A program made the position numbers and the translations under genes. The notes under the pieces were generated by a model, which was given only the letters and a program-made list of their open reading frames with translations, was not told the origin of the DNA and ran no database searches. 64,000 nt of DNA from IMG/VR virus record IMGVR_UViG_3300050015_000167, positions 1-64,000 of that record. The stretch is one strand, 5' to 3'. Positions 24,022-33,903 of this stretch are shown here, one piece after another; positions within the stretch are counted from its first letter, which is position 1, and every line of letters begins with the position of its first letter. The DNA comes from a virus.

Positions 24022-25140
24022 ATGATAAGAGATATTTCCCCAACATTTTTAACAGAAGTTGCTGCCCTCACAAGAGGAACTATACCTACAGGTAACGATA
24101 GTTCTATATCAACTAATCTTGTTTCTTGGACGGGATTTCAGAAACTTCTAAAAGAAGGTGTGAATGGTGGATCTCTATTCAATAATACTGTAGTTTCTAC
24201 TTATAGTTTGGTATATACGAATATTAATAATTCTGCTGGTGGTGTTCTTTCTCAAAATGGAGATATACATTTTATACCAAGATCTTCAGTTGTAGGACAA
24301 AAGATATCGGCTTCTGGTGTTGTTTCAACCTATAGTTTGGTATATACAACTGCTAATGCGTATCATGGAGGAGTACTTGCGCCTAATGGTGATATTCATT
24401 TTGTACCCTTACTTGCGAATAGAGGACAAAAAGTTTCTTCTGCCGGTGTTGTTTCAACCTATAGCTTGGCATATACCGCAGGAAATTATCAAGGCGGTGT
24501 TCTTGCGCCTAATGGTGATATACATTTTGGTCCTCAAGTTGGACCAGGACAAAAAATTTCTGCTGCCGGTGTTGTTTCAACCTATAGTTTGGTATATACG
24601 GTTACTAATGCTTATGTTGGTGGTGTTCTTGCGCCTAATGGTGACATACATTTTGTACCCTATTCTGCTGTTGTAGGACAAAAAATTTCAGCATTAGGTG
24701 TTGTAACCACATATAGTTTGGTATATACAACCGCGGGTGCTTATTATGGTGGAGTACTTTCCCCTAATGGGGATATTCATTTGATACCTAATTCTGCTGT
24801 TGTAGGACAAAAAATATCTATTACTGGTGTAGTATCCACTTATAGTTTGGTATATACAACCGCGGTTGCTTATATTGGTGGTGTACTCGCCCCTAATGGT
24901 GATATACATTTTGTTCCTCAATCTGCTGCTGTAGGACAAAAGATTTCTGCTGCTGGTGTGGTTTCTACTTATAGTTTGGTATATACTAATTCCTTTTCTT
25001 TTATGAGTGGCACACTTGCGCCTAATGGTGATATTCATTTTGTACCCTATTCTTCTGTTGTGGGACAAAAAATTTCAACTAATCCAGGAGTAAAATTTAC
25101 CCTGGGTATTTGTATGAGCCCATTTTTAAATAAATTTTAA
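24022..25140 (+). CDS. 7 x 43-aa repeat protein, paralog 3
   Basis: Seven repeats; C-terminus CMSPFLNKF. 112 bp (24877-24988) are identical to 23750-23861. Confidence 0.8.
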   Translation: MIRDISPTFLTEVAALTRGTIPTGNDSSISTNLVSWTGFQKLLKEGVNGGSLFNNTVVSTYSLVYTNINNSAGGVLSQNGDIHFIPRSSVVGQKISASGVVSTYSLVYTTANAYHGGVLAPNGDIHFVPLLANRGQKVSSAGVVSTYSLAYTAGNYQGGVLAPNGDIHFGPQVGPGQKISAAGVVSTYSLVYTVTNAYVGGVLAPNGDIHFVPYSAVVGQKISALGVVTTYSLVYTTAGAYYGGVLSPNGDIHLIPNSAVVGQKISITGVVSTYSLVYTTAVAYIGGVLAPNGDIHFVPQSAAVGQKISAAGVVSTYSLVYTNSFSFMSGTLAPNGDIHFVPYSSVVGQKISTNPGVKFTLGICMSPFLNKF

Positions 25141-25160
25141 TCTGAATAAATATTATCACT

Positions 25161-26501
25161 ATGTACAACCGCGACAAAATTATTGAAACGATGCACCAAA
25201 TTAAAGATGAGTCTGATACTATTGCTCCTTATGTTGTAATAGCACAACCAAGAAGAATTAAAGAAGAGACTCCCGCCCAAAATTTTGATGGGTATGATAA
25301 CTTACATGTTGACTTACATGGGTTTAGTCATGGATATGTTGATATTGCTGGAGAAAAAGTAGATGTTGCCAGAAATTATTTAATGGAACAGGCTCTACAA
25401 AGTGGAGCCAAATATTTATTTTTTATCGGTGAAGATACAGTAGTTCCTATGAACGCCTTTAAAGTACTTCATAAGACAGCCGAAGAAAATCCTGAAGCGA
25501 TCATTGCTGGCGTTTATTATATAAAATTATCAGATGCTATGATTATGGTAAGAACAGGTGATTGGATCACTATACCTAATGTTGATCCGGGCCAATTGTT
25601 AGAAGCATGGCAAACAGGTATGGATTGTATGATGATTCCTATTACTGTTCTTCAAAAAATAAAAGATTCTTTTCCAGAATTACCATTTTGTTGTATCGGT
25701 AATAATGTAGATGGAATTCCTTTTATTGGAGAAGATAATTTCTTTGCTCATTTAGTTCATAAACTTGGTATCAAAATACTTGTTAATACTGATGTTCAAT
25801 GTTTACATATGGATATTGGTAATGGTAAATATACAGCGCATCCCGATGTGGATTTGAAAAATTACTTTACAAATATTCCTGTTACTGAAAGACTTACTAT
25901 AGCAGATAAGAAATATATTGATGACCGGTGGCTTAATAGATTACCAGAAGGTACAAGCAATTCTAAAAAATATCAACTTGACGATTTTATCAAACTTGGT
26001 TACCCCGTTAAATTCAATATGGGTTGCGGCCGCGATAAATTTGAGGGATATATTGGTATAGACAAATATAATGATGCTGCGGATATTAAAGAAGATGTAA
26101 CCAAATTATCTCTTCCATATTCTTGTGCTGATGAAATTTATGCCTCGCATTTAATTGAGCATATTCCTAATTTTCAAATTCCTGAAGTATTAACTTCATG
26201 GTTTAATATATTAAAACCAGAAGGACAATTAATTTTAGAAACTCCTAATCTGGAAGAATTATGTAAAGATTTTGAGACAGCCACAGAACAAGAACGATAT
26301 ATGATTTCATTGTGTATTTTTGGAGCAATTAATACTGATGGAAAGCAATTTGAAAACGGAACAGCAAGTCCACATTTATGGGGTTTTTATCCTAAAATAT
26401 TAGTAGAGATTCTTGAAAAAATAGGGTTCAAAGAAATAACTGTTCTACCACAAAAGGGATTACATCCTGGTAAGAATTTTAGAATAGAGGCGAAAAAATG
26501 A
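25161..26501 (+). CDS. glycosyltransferase-like N-domain fused to class I SAM-dependent methyltransferase
   Basis: N-part is GT-A-like (YLFFIGEDTVVP). C-part FNMGCGRDKFEGYIGIDK...ASHLIEHIP...LKPEGQLILETPN is a typical methyltransferase. Confidence 0.6.
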   Translation: MYNRDKIIETMHQIKDESDTIAPYVVIAQPRRIKEETPAQNFDGYDNLHVDLHGFSHGYVDIAGEKVDVARNYLMEQALQSGAKYLFFIGEDTVVPMNAFKVLHKTAEENPEAIIAGVYYIKLSDAMIMVRTGDWITIPNVDPGQLLEAWQTGMDCMMIPITVLQKIKDSFPELPFCCIGNNVDGIPFIGEDNFFAHLVHKLGIKILVNTDVQCLHMDIGNGKYTAHPDVDLKNYFTNIPVTERLTIADKKYIDDRWLNRLPEGTSNSKKYQLDDFIKLGYPVKFNMGCGRDKFEGYIGIDKYNDAADIKEDVTKLSLPYSCADEIYASHLIEHIPNFQIPEVLTSWFNILKPEGQLILETPNLEELCKDFETATEQERYMISLCIFGAINTDGKQFENGTASPHLWGFYPKILVEILEKIGFKEITVLPQKGLHPGKNFRIEAKK

Positions 26502-26941
26502 ATGTAACTATTTCCCTAGAAGGATTAAGAAGTTTAGATGCTCCAGAAACCCGGGTCTTGGCTGATATTGCCGTCACCTACAATTCTATTGTATATAATT
26601 GGCAAGTATATATTCCTACTAATACAACAAATTTAGGTGATTTTTTACAGAGTATCAGTGGTTTAATTACGGCTGATATTGATGAAAAGGAAGCCATCTG
26701 GGCTGCTTTAACACCAAAAACTCGTACTATTGATACTGGTATGGATAGTATTACTGTTGCTATTAATAAATCGGAAATTGTTAAGGCAACTATTCCCGAT
26801 TACTATGCTTTGCGTCGGGCAGCCTATCCATCAATTTTAGACCAAATAGGAGCATTATGGAAAGGACCAAAAGATCCTGATTATATTGCTATGCAGCAAG
26901 CCATAGAAACCGTAAAAAATAATATTCCTAAAAAATCATAA
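26498..26941 (+). CDS. hypothetical protein (147 aa)
   Basis: ATGA-coupled to the upstream gene. Confidence 0.6.
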   Translation: MNVTISLEGLRSLDAPETRVLADIAVTYNSIVYNWQVYIPTNTTNLGDFLQSISGLITADIDEKEAIWAALTPKTRTIDTGMDSITVAINKSEIVKATIPDYYALRRAAYPSILDQIGALWKGPKDPDYIAMQQAIETVKNNIPKKS

Positions 26942-26942
26942 T

Positions 26943-28682
26943 ATGACAGAAACTTATCTTGGAAATTCGAGTTTAAAAGATACCAATGTAAAAATCTCTT
27001 GGACACCAAAACGGCTCGCAGAACTACAAAAATGCGAGGAAGATCCCGTGTATTTTATCACGAAATATATCCAAGTAGTAACCATTGACGAAGGTGTAAC
27101 TGATTTTAAACTTTGGGATTTCCAAGCTAAATTGATTGAAACCGTACACGGTAATCGCTATGTTATTACCGTCATGCCTCGTCAAAGTGGTAAATCTACC
27201 ACGATGATTGCTTACTTCCTACATTATATTCTTTTCAACAAATATAAGCGTGTTGGTATCTTGGCTAATAAACGTGATACTGCTATAGAATTACTTTCCC
27301 GTCTTCAATTGGCTTTTGAGTTGTTACCAATGTGGTTACAACAGGGTGTGAAAGTTTGGAATAAAACAAGAATTGAATTAGAAAATGGTTGTATTATTGA
27401 AGCCCATGCTACTTCTGGCGCATCTGTTCGTGGAAAGACATTCAATATTATTTTCTTGGATGAATTTGCTCACATTGAACCAAAATTAGCAGATAAATTT
27501 TGGACATCTACATTTCCTGTTATTTCACAAGGTACAACATCTAAAGTTATAATTGTTTCTACTCCTAATGGAGTTAATCTATTTCATGATTTATGGACAA
27601 AAGCACAATTAGATCATTCGCATAAAGATTGGAACCAATTTATTCCTATTCAAGTTCATTATACTGAAGTTCCTGGTAGAGAAAAAGCTGAATGGGCTGA
27701 AAAGATGGTATCAATTATTGGACAAGATAGATTTGACCAAGAATTTGGTTGTGAGTTTTTGGGATCAGGTGCTACTCTTATTAACGGTAGATTTTTAAAA
27801 CTTTTACCAATTCGATCACCCTTATACTCTCAAAATGGATTAGATGTTTATGAAAATCCTGTTAAAACAATAAATGAACCTCATGTTTATGTTATTACGG
27901 TTGATACAGCACAAGGAAAACAATTAGATTATTCTGCGCTTTGTGTTATGGATGTTACTTCTTCTCCTTATAAAATAGTCGCTAAATATAGGAGTAATGT
28001 AATTCCTCCTGTATTATTTGCCGATCAGATTATACCTATCGCAAAACGGTATAATAATGCTTTCATTCTTATAGAAATGGATGGTCCTGGTTTTCAAGTT
28101 GCGGATGATTTACATCATATTCATGAATATGAAAATATCATGATGGTAGCAACAAAAGGCCGTTCAGGACAAATTTTAGCTACAGGTTTTGGTAATACAG
28201 GAAAAAATGTCCAAAGAGGATTAAAAATGAGTACTCCTGTTCGTAGGACAGGTTGTGCTAATCTTAAAACTCTGATAGAGAATAAAAAATTAGAAATATA
28301 TGATAATGATATTAAAAATGAATTAAATTCCTTTGAATTAAAAGGAGATAAATACCAAGCCGCAGAAGGACACCATGATGATTTAGTAATGACTCTTGTT
28401 ACCTTTTGTTGGTTAACAACCCAAAAACATTTTAGGGATCTCGTGGATTCTGCTGTTAGAGACGATCTATTAGATGAATATGCTCCAAATTTCGATCATG
28501 ATTTGACACCATATGGATGGCTTGAAATTCATCAAGATGTAGAAGAAATTATGTTAACTAAAAAGGATATTTGGAAAAGTGCCCAAAGTGATATTTGGGA
28601 ACATTATGCCGAAAGAGAACGCATAAAAGCCACCATTGATATGGACCGATTAAAACGATTACAAGATTATGGCTGGGCTTAA
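26943..28682 (+). CDS. g17: terminase large subunit g17
   Basis: Walker A MPRQSGKST; Walker B IIFLDEFAH; 579 aa; position before the sheath gene. Confidence 0.9.
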   Translation: MTETYLGNSSLKDTNVKISWTPKRLAELQKCEEDPVYFITKYIQVVTIDEGVTDFKLWDFQAKLIETVHGNRYVITVMPRQSGKSTTMIAYFLHYILFNKYKRVGILANKRDTAIELLSRLQLAFELLPMWLQQGVKVWNKTRIELENGCIIEAHATSGASVRGKTFNIIFLDEFAHIEPKLADKFWTSTFPVISQGTTSKVIIVSTPNGVNLFHDLWTKAQLDHSHKDWNQFIPIQVHYTEVPGREKAEWAEKMVSIIGQDRFDQEFGCEFLGSGATLINGRFLKLLPIRSPLYSQNGLDVYENPVKTINEPHVYVITVDTAQGKQLDYSALCVMDVTSSPYKIVAKYRSNVIPPVLFADQIIPIAKRYNNAFILIEMDGPGFQVADDLHHIHEYENIMMVATKGRSGQILATGFGNTGKNVQRGLKMSTPVRRTGCANLKTLIENKKLEIYDNDIKNELNSFELKGDKYQAAEGHHDDLVMTLVTFCWLTTQKHFRDLVDSAVRDDLLDEYAPNFDHDLTPYGWLEIHQDVEEIMLTKKDIWKSAQSDIWEHYAERERIKATIDMDRLKRLQDYGWA

Positions 28683-28694
28683 AATCCAGGAAAC

Positions 28695-28702
28695 TATAAA
28701 TA
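28695..28702 (+). promoter_or_regulatory. T4-type late promoter motif TATAAATA
   Basis: Exact TATAAATA 7 nt before ATG 28709; g55 late sigma is encoded in this window. Confidence 0.45.
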
Positions 28703-28708
28703 TAACAG

Positions 28709-29176
28709 ATGCAACACATTCATCATATTGAGCCGAAATATTTGATAGGAGAAGATAATTCACCTGATAATCTTACACCTCCAATTTCGGTAGCTTTACA
28801 TGCGGCTTTGCACCAAGATCTTTATGAACATTTTGGAAATACGGAAGATTTAAGAGCCTATAAAATGTTATTAGGAGAATCTTTGAGTGGTATTATGGAT
28901 TCTGAGAAATACCGAAATAAATTATCTGAATCGCAAAAAGGAAATAAAAATAGGTTAGGAACAAAACATTCGGAAGAATCTATATTAAAAATAAGTAATA
29001 AATTAAAATTAAGAAAACATTCGGATGAATCCAAAATAAAAAGTTCCAAAACACAGAAAGGTAAAATACTTTCTAAAGAACACATAGAAAATATGTCGGC
29101 ATCTTTGAAGGGAAGGAAACTTTCTAAAGAACATCGAGAAAATATTGGAAAAGCCATAAAAGCTAAAATGCTCTAA
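28709..29176 (+). CDS. HNH homing endonuclease with NUMOD-like repeats; paralog of 56883..57383
   Basis: HHIEPKYLIGEDNSPDNLTPPISVALHAALH; C-terminal KHSEES/SKEH repeats; sits between g17 and g18. Confidence 0.75.
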   Translation: MQHIHHIEPKYLIGEDNSPDNLTPPISVALHAALHQDLYEHFGNTEDLRAYKMLLGESLSGIMDSEKYRNKLSESQKGNKNRLGTKHSEESILKISNKLKLRKHSDESKIKSSKTQKGKILSKEHIENMSASLKGRKLSKEHRENIGKAIKAKML

Positions 29177-29228
29177 AAAGTATATCCAATAAATAGTTTA
29201 TAGAATTTAGATATAAGGAGATACATAA

Positions 29229-31487
29229 ATGGGATTTCAACTTTCCCCAGGCGTTGCCATTGCCGAAATTGATTTGTCAACAGTAGTTACCGGAGTCGCC
29301 ACTACAGGTGGAGTTATTGCTGGACCTCTTCAATGGGGACCAGCTAACGTAAGAACACTTGTAGATAGCGAAATTACTTTAGTCAATACTTTCGGTAAAC
29401 CAACAAATGACACCGCAGAGGTCTTTATGACCGCGGCAAGTTTCTTACAATATGGAAATAACTTAAATGTTGTTCGCGTATTGTCTGCAAATGCAAGAAA
29501 TGCGGCAGTATTAAATGATGGTGTCGCGCATGTCGTAATTACAACTTCTGGTGCGGGCTACACCCACGTACCAACGTTGGCTTTTTCAAGTGGTGCGGCT
29601 ACCGCTACATGTACAGTTTTAAATGGAGGAATCAATAGCGTAACAATTACTGCTACGGGTTCAGGATATTCAATTACAGTTCCTCCAACAATTACTATCA
29701 CACCAACTAGTGGAGATATTATCACTACACCAGCCGTATTAACTGCTGTTGTCGGTGTTCAGATTAAAAACCAAGATGATTATGAACAGAATTTTGCTGC
29801 CGGACAAGCAATGGCCGGTGATTTCGTTGCAAAATATGCTGGTGCATTAGGTAACGGTATTCAAGTTGCTATTTGTGATGATGCTTCTCAATTCCCTACA
29901 TGGCCTTATAAGGGTCTTTTCACAAGTGCTCCTGGTACTTCTGATTATGCAGCCGCCAATGGTGGAACAAATGATGAATTACACATTGTTGTAATTGACA
30001 ATGTTGGAATTATCAGTGGAACTCCTGGTGATATTCTCGAAACGTATGCTTTCGCATCAAAAGCTGCCGATGCCAAAGATGCCCAGGGAGAATCTATCTA
30101 TTACCCAACAGTAATTGATCGTAAATCTTCATGGATTCGCTGGTTAGATTTTCCAGCCGCTGGAACAAATTGGGGACAGAATGCACATAATGTTACCTTT
30201 ACTCAATTAACTCCTTCAGCAACTAAAGCTTCTAAAGATCTTTTGGTTGCTAATGCTGGAATTACTTACACAGCCGTTGCTTCTGGTTCTGGTGGAAATT
30301 CTATAACTGTTGCTTATGTTCAACAAGCTGGTACCACTCATCCATTGACTGTTTCTGTAGTTGGTAATGTAATTACTGTCAATCTACAGGTAGTTGCTTC
30401 CGTTATCGCTTCAATAGCCACTTCAGTTAAAGCTGCTGTTGATGCCGTCGCCTCTGGATTAGTAACAACAGCGTTAGATGGTACTGGTGCAGATTTAGTT
30501 ACTGCTTTTGGTCCTACTGCTTTAGCTGGTGGTTATGATGCTACGACCTACTTGGTAATCCTTGAAGGTGGAGCCGATGCCAATACTTATGGAAGTACTG
30601 TTGGAACCGTAACAGATGGAATCATTATGGAAGGTTATGATTTATTCAACGTTGATGAATTTGATTTTGCGTTGATTTTGACTGCCAACCATAGTTCAAC
30701 TGTCGCTATTCATTGTATCAATGATATTTCAGAATCTCGTATGGATTCAGTGACATTCTTATCACCTCCTAAGGATGCCGTTGTAAATAATGCTGGAAAT
30801 GAAGTTACAGATGTTGTAGCTTATCGGAATACTCTTCCAAGTTCAAGCTATGCTTTCTTAGATAGCAATTGGATCAAGAAATACGACAAATACAATGATC
30901 TTTACCGCTGGGTACCTGCAAACGGTGATGTAGCTGGTCTTTGTGTAAGAACAGACTTTACTCGTGATCCATGGTTCTCACCCGCTGGTTTAAATCGCGG
31001 AAATATTAAGGGTGTTACGTCTCTTGCTTGGAATCCAAAACAAGCTTATCGTGATGTTCTTTATCAATCTGGAGTTAACCCAATCGTTGCTTTCCCTGGC
31101 CAAGGTGCTGTATTATTTGGCGATAAAACATTACAATCTAAGCCAAGTGCTTTTGATCGTATTAACGTTCGGCGTTTATTCATAGTAATTGAAAAGGCTA
31201 TCAGCCGTGCGGCTAAGTATACTTTGTTTGAATTCAATGATGAAGTTACCAGAGCACAGTTCCGTGGCTTGATTGATCCATTTTTACGTGATATTCAAGG
31301 AAGACGCGGACTATACAACTATAAGGTTGTTTGTGACGCATCGAATAACACACCACAAATGATTGACACCAATTCTTTCCAAGGTGACATTTATTTGCAA
31401 CCAGCAAAATCTATCAATTTCATTAAGTTAAACTTTATCGCCACACGTACTGGCGTTAGTTTCGATGAAATTGTTGGTAAATTCTAA
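29229..31487 (+). CDS. g18: tail sheath protein g18
   Basis: C-terminus GDKTLQSKPSAFDRINVRRLF...LFEFNDEVTRAQF...VVCDASNNTPQMID...INFIKLNF is the conserved sheath signature. Confidence 0.88.
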   Translation: MGFQLSPGVAIAEIDLSTVVTGVATTGGVIAGPLQWGPANVRTLVDSEITLVNTFGKPTNDTAEVFMTAASFLQYGNNLNVVRVLSANARNAAVLNDGVAHVVITTSGAGYTHVPTLAFSSGAATATCTVLNGGINSVTITATGSGYSITVPPTITITPTSGDIITTPAVLTAVVGVQIKNQDDYEQNFAAGQAMAGDFVAKYAGALGNGIQVAICDDASQFPTWPYKGLFTSAPGTSDYAAANGGTNDELHIVVIDNVGIISGTPGDILETYAFASKAADAKDAQGESIYYPTVIDRKSSWIRWLDFPAAGTNWGQNAHNVTFTQLTPSATKASKDLLVANAGITYTAVASGSGGNSITVAYVQQAGTTHPLTVSVVGNVITVNLQVVASVIASIATSVKAAVDAVASGLVTTALDGTGADLVTAFGPTALAGGYDATTYLVILEGGADANTYGSTVGTVTDGIIMEGYDLFNVDEFDFALILTANHSSTVAIHCINDISESRMDSVTFLSPPKDAVVNNAGNEVTDVVAYRNTLPSSSYAFLDSNWIKKYDKYNDLYRWVPANGDVAGLCVRTDFTRDPWFSPAGLNRGNIKGVTSLAWNPKQAYRDVLYQSGVNPIVAFPGQGAVLFGDKTLQSKPSAFDRINVRRLFIVIEKAISRAAKYTLFEFNDEVTRAQFRGLIDPFLRDIQGRRGLYNYKVVCDASNNTPQMIDTNSFQGDIYLQPAKSINFIKLNFIATRTGVSFDEIVGKF

Positions 31488-31507
31488 AGGCTATAGGAGA
31501 AATTATA

Positions 31508-32092
31508 ATGCCAGTAAGAAGTATTACAGGTTTTAGAGCCGCATTAGTTGGTAGCGGTACAAGACCAAACCTTTTCCAAATCGTATTGAGATTTCCCGTA
31601 TTAGCCGCCTCTGGTGCTGCCGATGGGTTAGTAACTCTATTATCTGAATCTTCATCTATTCCAGCCGATAAAATCGGTGAAATTGAAGTTCCTTATATGG
31701 GGCGTAAAACCTATTATCCTGGTGATCGTGATTTTGATCCATGGACAGTTACCATCATGAGCGATGAAAATTGGTTAATCCGCGATGCATTTCAGCGTTG
31801 GTTAAGCGCATTGAATAGTCACGTTGGTAACGTCCGTGATTTTGCGGCCGCAACACCATCTGATTATACAACCGATGCGTTAGTCCAACAGTTATCGAAG
31901 TTAGATTTACCCCCAATTGCACAATATAACATGAAGGGGTGTTTTCCAACAGAAGTTGGAGCTATGGAATTAGATTGGGGAACAAATAACACCATTCAAA
32001 AATTCCAAGTAACTTTCCGTTATCAGTGGTGGGATGCAGTTTCAGTTAATGGTCCTACAACTGACGGTGATGGTGGTCCTTTAGCGGGCTAA
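31508..32092 (+). CDS. g19: tail tube protein g19
   Basis: RPNLFQIVLRFP...SSSIPADKIGEIEVPYMGRK...FDPWTVTIMSDE pattern of the gp19 family; position after the sheath gene. Confidence 0.8.
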   Translation: MPVRSITGFRAALVGSGTRPNLFQIVLRFPVLAASGAADGLVTLLSESSSIPADKIGEIEVPYMGRKTYYPGDRDFDPWTVTIMSDENWLIRDAFQRWLSALNSHVGNVRDFAAATPSDYTTDALVQQLSKLDLPPIAQYNMKGCFPTEVGAMELDWGTNNTIQKFQVTFRYQWWDAVSVNGPTTDGDGGPLAG

Positions 32093-32099
32093 TCATCGT

Positions 32100-32107
32100 T
32101 ATAAATA
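32100..32107 (+). promoter_or_regulatory. T4-type late promoter motif TATAAATA
   Basis: Exact match 52 nt upstream of portal ATG 32159. Confidence 0.45.
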
Positions 32108-32114
32108 TTCTCAG

Positions 32115-32139
32115 AAGGGAAGCCTAATAAGCTTCCCTT
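32115..32139 (+). other. stem-loop in the tube-portal spacer
   Basis: AAGGGAAGC-7 nt-GCTTCCCTT; no real T tract. Confidence 0.4.
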
Positions 32140-32158
32140 AACTGAGTTTAGGAAAATA

Positions 32159-33754
32159 ATGGCAAACAAAAAATTTATTATAGAAGCATTTAAACTTTTG
32201 GGATTTCAAATTGGAGATCGTAGCCCAATCCAAAAATTTAAATCATTCGCTATACCACAAAATACCGATGGAGCCAGTCAAGTAGCATCTGGTGGTATTT
32301 ACGGCACATATGTCGATTTAGAAGGCACCGCCAAAAATGAAGCGGAACTTATAACTCGTTACCGTGATATGGCAATGCAGCCGGAATGTGAGCAAGCTTT
32401 AGAAGATATTATTACGGATACAGTAGTACAGGAAGATAATAAACCAGCCGTCCAAATCAATTTAGAAAAATTGGATGTTACTGATTCAATCAAAACCCAA
32501 ATTCGAGAATGTTTCGATGAAATTCTAAAGCTCCTGAATTTCAACGAAGATGGAATGGAAATCTTTCGGCGTTGGTATGTTGATGGTCGTTTATTTTATC
32601 ATATCTTAGTTGATAAAGATAATCCAGATGATGGTATTCAAGAATTACGTTATTTAGATCCACGCAGAGTAAGAAAGATTAGAGAAATTAAAAAGAAGTT
32701 AGGAGAAGGTGGAGTTGAAATTGTTGATTCCATTCTCGAATATTATCTCTATAATGAACGTGGTATTGTAAATGTTGAAAGTACTACGGCTGTTGGTGTT
32801 AAAATTGCTCCAGATTCAATTTGTTATGTTCATTCAGGACAAATTGATAGCACGCGCAATATGGTAGTAAGTTATTTACATAAGGCAATCAAACCTTTAA
32901 ACCAATTACGTGCTATGGAAGATGCTCACGTAATTTATCGGTTAAGCCGTGCTGCGGAACGTAGAGTATTCTACATTGATGTTGGTAATATGCCAACTAA
33001 TAGAGCCGAACAGTATATTAAAGTTATCATGAATGACTTCCGTAATAAGTTAGTTTATGATTCAAATACTGGTGAAGTCCGGGATGATAAGAAATTCTTA
33101 TCCATGCAAGAAGATTTCTTTTTGCCCAGACGTGAAGGTGGAAGAGGTACAGAAGTAACAACCTTACCCGCTGGTACTAATTTAGGGCAAATTGAAGATA
33201 TTATGTATTTCCAAGAACGGTTATACAAATCTTTACATGTTCCTACTTCTCGTTTGAAGTCCGGTGATGGTATGGGTATGGGAAGATCTGCGGAAATCTC
33301 ACGCGATGAAATCAAGTTTTCGAGATTTATTACCAAATTACGTAAGCGTTTCGAGCACCTATTTAAAGAATTACTAAAGATCCAATTATTGTTCCGTGGT
33401 ATCATTGTTTCAGATGATTGGGAAACATTTAGAGAAGGTATCTTCTTTGATTTCCAAAAAGATTCAGTTTTTACTGAAGCTAAAGAACAAGAAATTTGGA
33501 CAACGAGAATTGAACTATTGCAAGCATTTGATCCAGGATCTATTGTAGATCGTTATGTATCTCGGGAATGGTTGAAGAAAAATGTAATGCGATTCTCTCA
33601 AGAAGAAATCGAATTAATGCAAAAACAAATCGACGCTGAAAAGCCTCTCGCTGATGAGGAAGCTGAAAAAGCGGCATCATTAGAAACTGGCGCATTCTTT
33701 GATACTGAAGATAATGCCCAAGAAACTGTACCAAAGAAAAAGGCGGCCAAATGA
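32159..33754 (+). CDS. g20: portal protein g20
   Basis: 531 aa, position g19-g20-g21, acidic C-terminus; typical T4-type portal size. Confidence 0.8.
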   Translation: MANKKFIIEAFKLLGFQIGDRSPIQKFKSFAIPQNTDGASQVASGGIYGTYVDLEGTAKNEAELITRYRDMAMQPECEQALEDIITDTVVQEDNKPAVQINLEKLDVTDSIKTQIRECFDEILKLLNFNEDGMEIFRRWYVDGRLFYHILVDKDNPDDGIQELRYLDPRRVRKIREIKKKLGEGGVEIVDSILEYYLYNERGIVNVESTTAVGVKIAPDSICYVHSGQIDSTRNMVVSYLHKAIKPLNQLRAMEDAHVIYRLSRAAERRVFYIDVGNMPTNRAEQYIKVIMNDFRNKLVYDSNTGEVRDDKKFLSMQEDFFLPRREGGRGTEVTTLPAGTNLGQIEDIMYFQERLYKSLHVPTSRLKSGDGMGMGRSAEISRDEIKFSRFITKLRKRFEHLFKELLKIQLLFRGIIVSDDWETFREGIFFDFQKDSVFTEAKEQEIWTTRIELLQAFDPGSIVDRYVSREWLKKNVMRFSQEEIELMQKQIDAEKPLADEEAEKAASLETGAFFDTEDNAQETVPKKKAAK

Positions 33755-33903
33755 ACCAAATAAGATACGGAGCAACACCGGCTCATGTACATGTACGACA
33801 AGAAATGGAACCAGTAGTAAAAGAAGAATCTCTTCCTAATGCTGTTAAAGAACTAGAACCTGAAAAAATTAAAGTATCCTGGGAGATCGAAGATGGTAAG
33901 TAA
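33751..33903 (+). CDS. small protein (50 aa) in the g67/g68 position
   Basis: ATGA overlap with the portal stop; hand translation MNQIRYGATPAHVHVRQEMEP... Confidence 0.35.
   Translation: MNQIRYGATPAHVHVRQEMEPVVKEESLPNAVKELEPEKIKVSWEIEDGK

Noticed and set aside
24317-25068. ORFs 24317..24676(+) and 24694..25068(-) inside the third repeat-protein gene
   Set aside because: They are shadow frames of repetitive sequence. The 372-aa frame is paralogous to the two upstream genes.
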